Shown here: piece after piece, positions 1 to 11,190 of the stretch
Layout: each line of letters starts with the position of its first letter
How positions within the stretch are numbered: the first letter of the stretch is position 1
NCBI GenBank assembly: GCA_964106645.2
Contig: OZ067040.1
Length of the DNA: 64,000 bases
Reading direction: 5' to 3' (one strand)
Source of the DNA: Podarcis pityusensis
Taxonomy: Eukaryota
The notes under the pieces: model-generated
Databases searched by the model: none
Told to the model about the DNA's origin: nothing
The model's input: only the letters and a program-made list of their open reading frames with translations
Program-made: the position numbers and the translations under genes

Positions 1-952
1 TCAAAATATCTAAGGCTCTCCTTTGTTCTAGAATTGGATCCACCGTTCCCTTCTGTAAGTCCTCGTTATTTCTCTCCAGGAACTTCTCTTTGTCTTGGAT
101 TGTCTTTATTTTGACCTTCTTTCCCTTGTAGTTAAAGGACAGTCCTTGTGGAAACTCCCACCTAAAGAGGATGTTGTTCTTCTTCAGCAGGTAGACCAAA
201 TCCTTATAGAAGGTTCTCACCTCCAAGATATATTTAGGGATGTCTTTAAAGATTTGTATAGGTGAATTTTCAATTTCCAAGGTCTTTTGGTAATGTAGTT
301 TTAATATTTTGTCTCTTTCTTCCGTGGATCTGAGGGTAATCAGACAATCCCTCGGGGTCTTTCTGTTCTGTCTCCTGCCCAATCTAAATGCTGTTATTAT
401 CTTAAATTCTTCCTCCTCCAAATCCTCCTGCCAACAGTCAGCAAATGCTTGTGTTAGGAACTCCACAAGGCTGTCCCCTTCACTCTCGGGAATTGATCTT
501 AATTTCAGGTTTCTCTCCTTTCTCTGTAATTCCATCAAAGACAGGGTCGCATCATGCTCATATACCTTTTTAGCAATCGGTTCTAACTTCTCCTGTGCCT
601 CTCCAGCAATTTTTCTGGCGTCCTCTGCAATTTTACGTGTTGCCGAGTTTTCTTCAATCAGCTTATTTATAGATTCTGTATTGGATGTCACACTTTTCGT
701 GTTCAAGTCCAATCTCGCTGTTAGTTCTGTTAGTTTTTGTGAGTTTTCTGTACTCTGCTTTGTCAAAGTCTCCAAAGATTGATTTATCTTAAGTAATGCC
801 TGTGTCACTGACTCCATGGAGGCAGCTGTCACTTTTTCTTGCCCAGCTGCTCCTGTAGGAGTTAGACTAGAAATTGAGCCTCTTTTCTTTTGTTGCAGTT
901 GTTGCTGTTTAGCTTTAGCTCTGGTAGTTATCTCTTCTGCCGGGGCACTCAT
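1..952 (-). CDS. LINE-1 ORF1p (coiled coil + RRM + CTD), open to the window edge
   Basis: Manual translation from ATG at 952 (MSAPAEEITTRAK...) has no stop for 317 codons to position 2, which is probably why the ORF track omits it. Heptad-like segment (LLKINQSLETLTKQSTENSQKLTELTARLDL), then RKERNLKLRSIPESEG, AFRLG..PRDCLITL, IQIFKDIP and FRWEFPQGLSF, motifs typical of vertebrate L1 ORF1p. Confidence 0.85.
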   Translation of the reverse strand, partial: MSAPAEEITTRAKAKQQQLQQKKRGSISSLTPTGAAGQEKVTAASMESVTQALLKINQSLETLTKQSTENSQKLTELTARLDLNTKSVTSNTESINKLIEENSATRKIAEDARKIAGEAQEKLEPIAKKVYEHDATLSLMELQRKERNLKLRSIPESEGDSLVEFLTQAFADCWQEDLEEEEFKIITAFRLGRRQNRKTPRDCLITLRSTEERDKILKLHYQKTLEIENSPIQIFKDIPKYILEVRTFYKDLVYLLKKNNILFRWEFPQGLSFNYKGKKVKIKTIQDKEKFLERNNEDLQKGTVDPILEQRRALDIL

Positions 953-1868
953 GTCCCAAGGACGTTCCCACAAAGACAGTTCCCTGATGGAAAATCCCAC
1001 TGTCTTAAACCGTTGCAACTAATTCTTTCAGCCCTCTAGAGGGAGCAGAACAAAATGTCCAAGTGAGGGAAACAAAGAAGTTAAAGACAAATATATCAGG
1101 AGGCTTGAATATCTTTTTTCCTGTAGATACTCTTTCAACACACTCCAGTATACTGTAGCAATAAAGTCCCAAAACTTTGTATCAAGCAAAACTTTAACCA
1201 TGTAACTTTCCCACAAGTTTCTAAAGACAGTTCAGTGTCCTAATATCTTGTTTGGCAGTCCGTTTCAGTGGATTAAGACAGCGGAAGGCTTTTTTTTTTT
1301 TTTAGGTAGATCATGCAGAATTCTAATGTCCCTTTTCCTCCCCTCTGCCCTGCTTGCTAGAGGGGATCTATATTCAATGTCAGGTTTAAACAGTTCTAAA
1401 TTGCTTCCTGCGGATGCAGCTTTAAAACTCCGTTGCTTTAACTGTCATGCAGTCGGGGGAAGGCAGACTTCCTTAATTTTCACCTTCCCCGTTTTCAGCC
1501 AAATTTCAGGTTTAAATCTTTAGTTCCAGATAGACGTCCAATCTTACTCACGGGTTTTTCAGTCCAAAATTTACAGGAAGGAATCGGCGCTCTCCGTCAA
1601 TGGCGACGCGGCTTCACCCTGCGGTCTGGGTAACGACTCTCAGCACCGCGCTCTCCCGATGCCGTTCCGGAGCCTTTAAAAAGGCTCTTTCGCAGTAAGG
1701 GGGGGCGCTTCTGGTGCCCACTGAGTCTCCTTGTTCACAGGCTTCCGCGCCTGTGATTTTAGGGGTCCCCCGCTTGCCGTAGCGGGTCAGACCCGAACTC
1801 GCAGAGCAGTCCTCCTCCGGAGCTCGGAAAGAGGACCGCCATTAACGCTGGCGCCGACCGGAAGCTAC
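1..1868 (-). mobile_element. LINE-1 element, 5' portion (about 0.9-kb 5'UTR + ORF1), continuing beyond the window
   Basis: L1-like ORF1 preceded by a leader whose first ~300 bp (about 1580-1865) are CpG-rich and begin ...GCTTCCGGTCGGCGCC on the minus strand; the leader is homologous to about 37800-38264. Confidence 0.8.
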
Positions 1869-4059
1869 CTTTAGTATTTTTGGCAGTGAGTTTTTAGGAT
1901 GGAGATTTGTATGCTGTAATTGTCCTGCTGACGAGTTATGCCTGTTTTTCCTTCATTTGACCTTTTAAAGTAAGGGTAACGAACCTCTGTTCCTCCTGGT
2001 AACATCACCCCTGGTTTTTGGTCATGCTAGCTGATGATGACGGGCAACAGAGTCTAACAATAGCTGGAAGGACATGGCATGGGTTAACTGCTCCTGAGTT
2101 ACAGCATCCTTCTCCCCTACTTATTATAATGACACCCCAAAAAATGTGTAAGATCAGCCTATTAAGCACTATGTGAGAACTTTTCTGACACTGCCAAACC
2201 TAATTATTTTTCACTTAGTTGTCTAAACAAATTAAATTAGCAAGGGCACAGCCAGAATGTCAAAATTGCTTTTAATGAATAAGCCAGCTGCTCAGTTGTA
2301 CATAACTCTTGTCTCAGTACCTCTCTGTCACACAAATTTGAATTTTCCCCTTTGCTGCCTCCATAATGTTTTTAACAATTATATATTGTAAATTACCTAA
2401 GGACTGCCCCATGTTAGGCAATTAATACATGATGCACAGAACTGAGGTTCTGTAAAGGAGGGGTGGAAAACATTGACCCTCAAGATGTTGCTGGACTATA
2501 GCTGTCTATTGGGATTCGCAGGATGATGAGTAAGTCTGCAGGCTTCAACAGGCTGATGCAATACTCTGTGAAGTGCTGGGTCAGAGTGACTCAGCAGGAA
2601 TGTGATTGGCTATCACCTGTTTTAAAAGGAAAGCCTGTTCAACAGTAATGGTGGTTGTGGTGTGGTGTGGTGGTGCTGTGGTGGAGAGTATTCGTTTGCC
2701 CTAAGGTGCAGGTACTCTGTATGAACTGCTTTTGTAAATACTTGCATATAGCTCACATTAAAAAGACTGCAACACTCTCACCATGCTTGACCATTGGCCA
2801 TACTGGACAGTTCTCACCATTGCTATGCAGCAATCTGAATATTAATGCTTCTTCTTCAAGCATCTTGAATGTGCACATTTCTTGTTTGCCTTGTTTCACT
2901 TCCAGAAGTATCACTCCTGGCTGCTTTCCAGGTCTGTGGCTAACTGACCTACAAAAGTATTATGAGAATCTGCCAGGTAGTGATAAGCTGTCCTACTGGA
3001 GTAAGGGCTGGCGAAGGGCTATAAAAAGAACATAAGAGCTATGCTGGATCACACCAATGGCCCATCTGGGTCAGCATCCAATTTCTGTCAGCCAAATGCC
3101 ACTGCAAAACTAGAAAGCAACAAAACTCCCACTTCCTCCACAACTACTGGTATTTAGAGGTATACCGTATAAAAACTTGGAGGATTCATTAGCTATCATG
3201 GATAATGCCTGTGCATTCACCTAGTCTGGTGGAGGCTGTGACTGAGGGGGGGCCATGGCTGCTGTTATAAAATGTAGAATGGGGAAGGTAGAAGACTTCC
3301 TTTGATCTCATGCACCATCAAGTTCCAAGAGAAGCAATGACTCCTGGCTTTGGAAAAGGCAGTGACAACTAGAGCAAACCTCTGCTGCAGCCTCATCCCT
3401 ATTACCGTCAAACAGCACAAGTTCTAAAAATTTGCAATTCCCTGTCACAAATGGTGAGGTCCCTTTCCAGTGCAAACCAAACAAAGCAATTGGTCTACTG
3501 CAGGCATTGTTCTCTTCTTGCCACCATCCACTTAGTCGTCACCTAGTTCAAGGACCTTATGGGAGTTCTGCTGACTTGCTGCTTATTTATTTGGGAGTCA
3601 GAAGACTGATAGCCAAACTCCCAGGCACCTAATTGGAAGTTTCAGCCAGTCACCCCTCCTGATCCCATGTGTGTGAATCTAATAATGTAGCCTGAACAGT
3701 ATAAGCAGAGATCAAAGAGAACGAGCAGGGTTACATACTCATCTCTCTCCTGATAAAATGTCATCAACAAGGGCAACCAAGGCAGTTTCAGTGCCATGGC
3801 CAAGCCTGAAGCCAGACTGGAATGGGAACACCTGTACTAGGTGAGCAGCAGCAAGCAGTTATAGTTTTCTGTTGTCACCTTGGTAACAAATTAGAAGAGG
3901 ATGGTTGTGAATAGTTTATAATGTTTCTGAGCAAGCATGTATATTAACGGTGTTGTGGCCCATCATTCATTTACTGTGTCTCCTACTTTCCTTCCGTGAA
4001 TAGGGGTGAGGTGGGGATGGAAAGGCAATTGTAGATGTGGAATGGATCTGGCTACCATA

Positions 4060-4404
4060 GTCTGAACCACTGAGCCTCTTGGGCTTGCCGATCAGCGGTT
4101 CAAATTTGCACGGTGGGGTGAACTCCCGTTCCCTGTTCCAGCTTCTGCCAACCTAGCAGTTCCAAAGCATACCAGTGCAAGTAGATAAATAGGTACCGCT
4201 GCAGCGGGAAGGTAAAAGGTGTTTCTGTGCGCTCCAACATTTGTCATAGTGTCCTGTTGTGCCAGAAGCAGTTTAGTCATGTTGACCCAAAAAGCTGTCT
4301 TTGGACAAATGCCAGCTCCCTCGGCCTGAAAACGAGATGAGCACCGCACCCCATAGTTGCCTTTGACTGGGCTTAATCGTCCAGGGGTCCTTTACTGTTT
4401 ACCT
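4060..4404 (+). mobile_element. Sauria SINE (Squam1), diverged copy
   Basis: CCACTGAGCCTCTTGGGCTTGCCGATCAG...CCAACCTAGCAGTTC..AAAGCA...AGATAAATAGGTACC, ending in GGGGTCCTTTAC; similar to copies at 13118, 22911 and 45101 in the opposite orientation. Confidence 0.8.
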
Positions 4405-5467
4405 ACTTGTAATCTCAAGTTGGTTTTGATTTTGGTTGCTGTTTAAATGGCTGTTTTGTACTCATTTACGATATAATTTTAAAAGGAATGAAGCCCTCAA
4501 CCTTCCACTTTTAGGCAGGATTGCTCATACACTATCCACACCCCCACCCTACTTAGCCTACATTGCCCTTCTTGCAGTATTACCGCCATGGGAGAGCAGA
4601 AGCATAAAAGAATCTTCATGCTTTCTGCAGTGGCTACTAGAAAGCAGGTAGCTGCAAGATGACTCAGCAGCAGCGAGTGAGTCAAACTCACTACTGAGCT
4701 TTAAGAAAGGAATGGATGTGGGCAAGAAGACAGGATTACTAATAAATCTGACCAGAATTGCATTCCAGGTCAGCCCCAACAGCTGCAATCATGTAGCTCT
4801 TGACAGTGAAGCAAAAAGCTTCTGTCTGTTTTGTCTTGTAGCAAGTTCATGCTAATGATTTGTGTTGCGGAGTTAAGACTGGCAGTCTCTACTAACCTCA
4901 AGATCTGGAGCAAGGGAAAAATTCTGAACTCAGACATAATATTTGGAAACTTGCGTGTAGTTCTCCGCAGTCTTCTGTGCACAGTCAAATTTAATTACAA
5001 CGTGCTGGTACGCATGTGATGTGAACCCTGGCCTGTGCTTTAGCATATCTGCTGAATGTGTTGTCATGGACACCCTGCTTGATTCAGTTCGCAGTTCAGT
5101 GGCCTTGTCTTTGTGTGGCCTTGTAAAGGAACGGTACATTTCGCTGCTGAACAGCATGAGGACAGTAAGCGTACCTTTGCTGGGCAAATTGTTTATAGAA
5201 TTCACTCCCAACAACTCATTTAATGAAATGGCTCTCGTTCTGAGACATAAAATGTAAGGTCCATGTTTCAGTTTACTTGCATTAAAGTGTAAACATCATT
5301 CCTAAGGTGCCTTTGCATTATAGAGATGAAAGACATTTGGTGTGTTTTTGGTGATGCTCAACCTTAGACACAGTTTGACCATGGTATCTAGATAAAACAT
5401 CAGAGTTCAAAATACCCTGAAGTGCACCAGCAAAATGTACCAACTGTGTGGATGTAACTCTATGCAG

Positions 5468-5470
<3 letters not shown>

Positions 5471-5508
<38 letters not shown>
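5471..5508. repeat. (CA)n microsatellite
   Basis: Direct reading. Confidence 0.95.
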
Positions 5509-5510
<2 letters not shown>

Positions 5511-6288
5511 ATCTGCCTAAAAATGAGAATAGAATATTGAGGGAAAGCACCCATCTTATTGCTTACATTGGCTTCAAAAAAGGCAACCTCAAAAAGCTGC
5601 TTCATGCTTTATATAGCGGCTATGTTTGCTACAGACACACTGCTGTTACACAGCTAAGTGTGAAGGGATGGTGTGCATTCCTAACACAGAGAGGGGTGCA
5701 CTAGAGTGTTGATTGGCTGCAAATCCATATGTCATTTATGTGCCTTTCACACTTTACCTCTTTACTTTAATAAACACTCCACTGCAGCCATGGCAAATGT
5801 TATAGTGCAATACCCATCAGGTGCAGATGTATGGAAGCTGCAGTGAGTGGCTACTGATGAGAGGGCCTTCTCAGGTGAGTGGCACCCCAGGTATGAAATG
5901 TCCTCCCCATATATGTCTGCCTGGTGCCTACAATGTGGGAAAATGAGAAATTGGTAGAAATGAACTTGACAGATCTTTCCATCCCAACTCTGAATCTTTG
6001 TTGTTGCTGTGAACTTTGTCTTAGAATTGTTATCTTCTCTTACTATAATAGATTTTATGGTTTTATTTTTGTATACAACTCTTTTTTAAGTTCACTGTAA
6101 ACCACCTTAGTTACTGGGCAGCATATTAATACTGCAAATAAGTAAATAAATGTTCCATAATGGAACACCACATGGGTGGGGGCTGAGTGGGACTAATGAA
6201 GCCACATAGGTCTTTACTATGTGGTCAGCATGAGCTGAAGCTTTGCATGAAGGGCAGCTGTAAAGATCTTATAAGTTATTGTAGCAAC

Positions 6289-6566
6289 CAGAGCCATCTT
6301 TCCTATAGGGCTTAGTGGTATGTTGCGCCAGGGCACCGGCTTCTCATGGGCGCCCCAGTGAGTGGGGGAGCTGCGCTTCTTCCCCTTTCCCTGCATGCCC
6401 GCCAACTGCTCCCCGCCAACCATATGGCTGGCGGGAGTGCAGCTTCCCTCCCAAGCCTCTGCAGGGATCACTTTCCTCCCAAGGTGGCCTGGGAGGGAAG
6501 CTGCATACCTGCTTCTGTGCCTGGCTGGATCTCCCCACGCTCCCTGTATATGTATGTGTGTGTGTG

Positions 6567-6607
<41 letters not shown>

Positions 6608-7365
6608 CACCTGCCCACACAGGAGCATGCTCAGATGACAAGCAATGCTATTTAAAGGCTGTGAGACCGCTTCCCTTCCACCTGACGACAACGTATACAC
6701 ATGCTCCCACTGCCCCTCTCCCTTGCCGTGGGGTGATTGCTCTTCCAAGGAATGGCAGAAAGCCCCACAAGCACTCACTGCAGAAACGGCTGGGGGAAGG
6801 AGTGAGGGAACCCGGAAGGCGAGACAGGGGTGGGGGAGAAGGATGAGGGACACGCCAAAACATGTTGCCCCCGCCTGTTGGGGGAGGGGGGGTTCCTGGA
6901 GAAGAGGTGGCCCCTTTCTCACAGTGGGAGGCAGTGAAGGCAGCCAGGAAAGCAGACCGGAATAGGTGCGATGGCATCTCCCGACTTTTTTAAAAAACAA
7001 CAACTTTGAAGCAGCTGCAGGGGAAGCATAGAATCATAGATGTCTGACTTCGATCATAGAATTGTAGAGTTGGAAGGGGTCCAAAGGGTTATCTAGTCCA
7101 ACCCACTGCAATGCTAGGGGATTCTATTAGCAACGTTTACGGGGGGGGGGGTTAAAGCATGTGAGTGTGGATTTAAATCCCACTCCCCCCACATGGTCCT
7201 TCCTCTTTGCAGCCCCAGGCACCTGTTTCCTGTTATCTTTTCCTGAGCAGAAATAAGCATGGCATCTTTCCTAAAAAAGATCAACAACTTTGGGCAACCT
7301 GGGGGGGGGGGGCACCAGAGGCAGATCTTTGTACCCAGGCGTTGCATATGCTTAAGTCGGCCCTG
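6289..7365. mobile_element. Non-autonomous hAT-type DNA transposon (~1.08 kb)
   Basis: Perfect 8-bp TSD GTAGCAAC at 6281-6288 and 7366-7373; imperfect TIRs CAGAGCCATCTT / (rc) CAGGGCCGACTT; no transposase ORF. Confidence 0.75.
7027..7118 (-). mobile_element. CR1 3'-end fragment inside the hAT element
   Basis: CATAGAAT repeats followed by AGAGTTGGAAGGG...TCTAGTCCAACCC, the reverse complement of the CR1 tail seen at about 32820-32885. Confidence 0.75.
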
Positions 7366-10300
7366 GTAGCAACAGCACTTTTTTGTGGGATCCAGTGATC
7401 ATATAAGTTCTGCTCACAGAATGCTCTTGCTGATGGAACAGGAGACCATTTTAGTTGGTTCCCCCTGATGATGCTTTTAAGAACGTGGTGTACAGTACCA
7501 CAAGATGCTGTAGGGAAAAGGGGGGAATGAGTGAAACCTGTCTCCCACTCTTCCAACGGTGGGAACCTACTGTACATTGGATCAAAGTCCCTTTGATGAA
7601 TGGAAGGTACACCTTCATTAGCAGAAAGGCAACACTGGATATAAACCAATGACAACTTTAACAAAGTCGCTTTTAAGCTGATGAAATTGCTTCAGTATTC
7701 ATATTTTTCTTTTTTTAAACTTTTGTATGTATTTTATGATGCTGGTGTTTCTTGACAAGCATGCTAATGAGAATAGAGATGGGCAGAGTGCTTCTTTAAG
7801 ACAGATCCTCTCAATGGCATTGCCAATTCAAAATACAGAGCCTTGTTCAAGTTTAATGCAGAACCTCATAACAAAGCACCAATTATCAAACAATTTCACG
7901 GCTTGGTTTTTTTTTAAAAAAACACACTAGAATGCTAAATTCTTCAGTGCAGATCAATACAGTGGAGGAAAGAAGCATTATCTTGTGATTGGGAAGGAAA
8001 ACACCAATTAAGCAGGGTGATTAATAAATTTAATAACTGCAGGCTTGAAGTTTTAAAAAAATGTTTTAATTAAATGTCAGAAAAAATGACATTAAAAAAT
8101 GCCCTCCCTGTAATAAAATACTATATTTAAGTTGGATAGGCTGTTGAAAAGTTAACATAAAAATCTTTAACACAGTTCTTATCACTATTTGTACTTTCCA
8201 TCTCCCTTATGGAGTTCCCTCTAGTTTGCCCAGAGGTAAGCATTTTGAAACCCCACTGATTTCGATCTAACACCTGTTGATCTTATCCCTTGCCCAAGTC
8301 CTGCTTTCTGTCTCTGTTGGCATTGTTTTCTTCTTTGACCACATCATCAACCTCTAACTCAGTTCCCACCTCCTCTCTTACTGCATTACACTCAAACTCA
8401 CCACTGTTTGCCACTATCAGCAAACCCTCCCCTTGTCCTTTCTAACACTTGGTCTCTTTTAACCCTCTAACCACCATTCAGCCTCCTGTTTACCATTTGC
8501 TCCAAACTATTGAAACACATTCCTTACTTGCCGAGTACAAAGTTTTCTACTCTGCCTCATCCTCTTGAGAATTTATTCTAAGTTTCTGTGGGAAAGTTAA
8601 ATTATGAAAAGTTTTCACTACAGTTTTCAGTTACTTCTTCAAGATCTTTAGGCATGCAGATATGTACCGTAATTATTTTGGAATCTCGGCACACACTTTT
8701 GTTTTATTTTATTTTTAAAAGCTTTATCAAACCAATTTCACTGTGTGTATATAGTCTACAGAAACATAAAAGTTTATGAAGCCAAGCATAATGGAAAATC
8801 TGCAGAATCTAGTCCCCTTTATGCATTATACTTGTGAAGGAGTTTGATATAATTAGTAGGAAACAGGATTATAACCCTCCACCCTCAGGGTCATGTGCCA
8901 CTCTTAGCCTGCTGCCATATCTCTACACGGAGCACAGATATTTGAAGAGGGGAAGGCTTTGGGGGAGAATTTTATAACTACAATGAGAAGTAGATGAGTG
9001 ACACTTGGACCCTGGTAATTCCTCAGGGTTTGCATTGAAAGTGAGAGTGATGCTTCCTGAATTTGCTTTGTTTGTCTTCAATAGCATCAGCACATTAAAT
9101 CTGATTGGCTACATTGTGACATCATTCCATTCTGACATCATCAATTAATCCCTAATTGTGACAGCCTCTCATAATCCCTAATTGGTTAGGACAATCTATT
9201 TGACAGATGGAAGAAGCATTCTCCTCATCTTCCATGGACTTTGCTTGACCTCAGTGACACTGCAATGTAGCCAGCTCTAGCTCGTTGACTGGGATAGCTC
9301 ATGTAATTAAAGCAGAAAGAACAGGATGCAGTCATTTAAATACAAAAAAGAGCATTGTTACCAAAAGAGCAGCAGAGACAATGGCAGAAAATAGGCTTCA
9401 AAAAAGTGATATGACGGCATAATTATTATGCAATTATATATTGCTTCTATACTAACTTTCTTCTTAATTAGTTGTTTCAATGGGGGTGTTAGGCATTTTC
9501 AAGGTCTCATATTTTAGAATGAAAGGCAGTATATGAATATATAAATATATAAATAGGTCTGGAAAAAATATTACTTCATCCCTGAAAGCACTATTTTCTC
9601 TGTCACTGCTATAATGTTTGTTAACTGTGCTCTGAAAATTGCAAAGAGTGCAAGTGTAAACCCTTTTAACTACAATGATAAACTCTATTTGATGATTTAT
9701 CAGGAGAATTGTTAGACTGGCTTCTAGGCCTGTTAGCATTATGGAAGTAGGTCATTAATCAAAGCTCAAAGAATTCCTAGTACTTCTTACGATAGAAAAT
9801 ATGACAGAGATTTAAAAGATTATTATTTATAATTTATTTTTAAAATCCATAGACCACTTCATGGCATTAAGCCTCTGAAGCAGTGTACAGAGTAAACACA
9901 GAATAAAACTCAGAAACACAAAAAAAGAAAATAAAGAAAAAAGAAACACAAGGTCTAAGAACAATGCAATCAAACTGATAAACTCTAAAACAATAAAACC
10001 ATCCATACAAACAAAAGCACATCATCAAAGATAAAACTGATCTTCTATAAATGACTGGGTTACACTTAGGGAAAGCCTTCCTAAACAAAAGCTTCTTTAG
10101 TAGGCAACTAAGCATCATCATATTTGATTTTGGCTTGTAATTGATTACAGATAGTAGATGCTGCAACAGCAATAGTCCCAGGTTCTAGAATAGGCTAAGT
10201 GAACCTCTGGGGCATATGGTACTCTCAATATAGGCTGCAAATCTACACACACTTACCTTGCAGGAGGTCCTGTTGAACTCAGCGGGGCTTATTCTGAGTA

Positions 10301-10529
10301 GAGATATCTAAGATAGCACCACAAGTCTTTCAGATTTGTTCAGCTGAATATATATTTGACTATATTTGACTTAAATCCTGTGTATATTTAAGATGCAAAT
10401 GGAACAGAGATGAAAGGAAGAGAGGTGGTGACCCCACCCCCACCCCAAAAACCATTTCACGATACATTAGAACATGATATTCAAACTTCAGGATGCAAAT
10501 GCTGTAGTCCTGACTGATCTACTCTTAGC

Positions 10530-10830
10530 TTTCTTGGGTTACTGCACCTTTTAAAGAAAAGCCATAGAAAATCTGGAAAAGATTCAGGGAAGTGTGACAG
10601 ACTGAAAAGTCTTTAATACAAGAAGTGTTTTGAAAGCCTGAAAAAGAGCTGTGTCTTTTATAGGGACAAGGAGGTACATTCTAACACCTGTAAGATGCTA
10701 TTATAAAGATGACGCTAATTTGTTTTCTGTTAACAGAGGAAAGAACAAGGAGTAACAGTTTTAAATGGAGGCGACTCAGGAAGGAACTACATGTTACAGG
10801 TCATACAAGGCTGTCACTGGAAACAGAAAC
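10530..10830 (+). mobile_element. Old CR1 ORF2 C-terminal remnant
   Basis: Degenerate similarity to 32380-32730 (GCACC..TTTAAAGAAAA..CATAGAAAATCTGGAAAAGATTCAG; CTCAGGAAGGAACT). Confidence 0.45.
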
Positions 10831-11114
10831 CTCCAGTTGATTTCTTTCCTAATGCAAAGCAACACTTACTCATGTGACATCACAGTATTGAATGTGCTAC
10901 CACCCACAGCACAACACTGACTGCAGCTGAAAAGAATGGAGAAATGCAAAAGTTGACATCACAACCCAGGTAAATGTCTTGCTACTTGTTAATATAGGGG
11001 GAAAGGATAATCCAGCACAAGGGTGCAATTTTTGGAGGCATCCTCATGTCATAACGTATAATTTTGCCCGGATTTCAAACGTTGCACTCGGCTACGGAAA
11101 CGTCAGCATGAAAT

Positions 11115-11121
11115 ATCTATC

Positions 11122-11156
<35 letters not shown>

Positions 11157-11190
11157 ATCTACCTATCTACCTACTTACCTACCTATCTAT
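11115..11190. repeat. (TATC)n/(TACC)n tetranucleotide microsatellite
   Basis: Direct reading. Confidence 0.9.

Noticed and set aside
309-782. 157-aa plus-strand ORF
   Set aside because: Antisense shadow of L1 ORF1 on the minus strand.
2480-2830. Possible solo LTR (ATTGG, TATA-like, ATTAAA); similar impression at about 21080-21700
   Set aside because: No convincing TG...CA termini with a TSD could be identified.
6217-7003. ORFs up to 219 aa within the hAT element
   Set aside because: GC-rich, run through a microsatellite, and show no transposase motifs.
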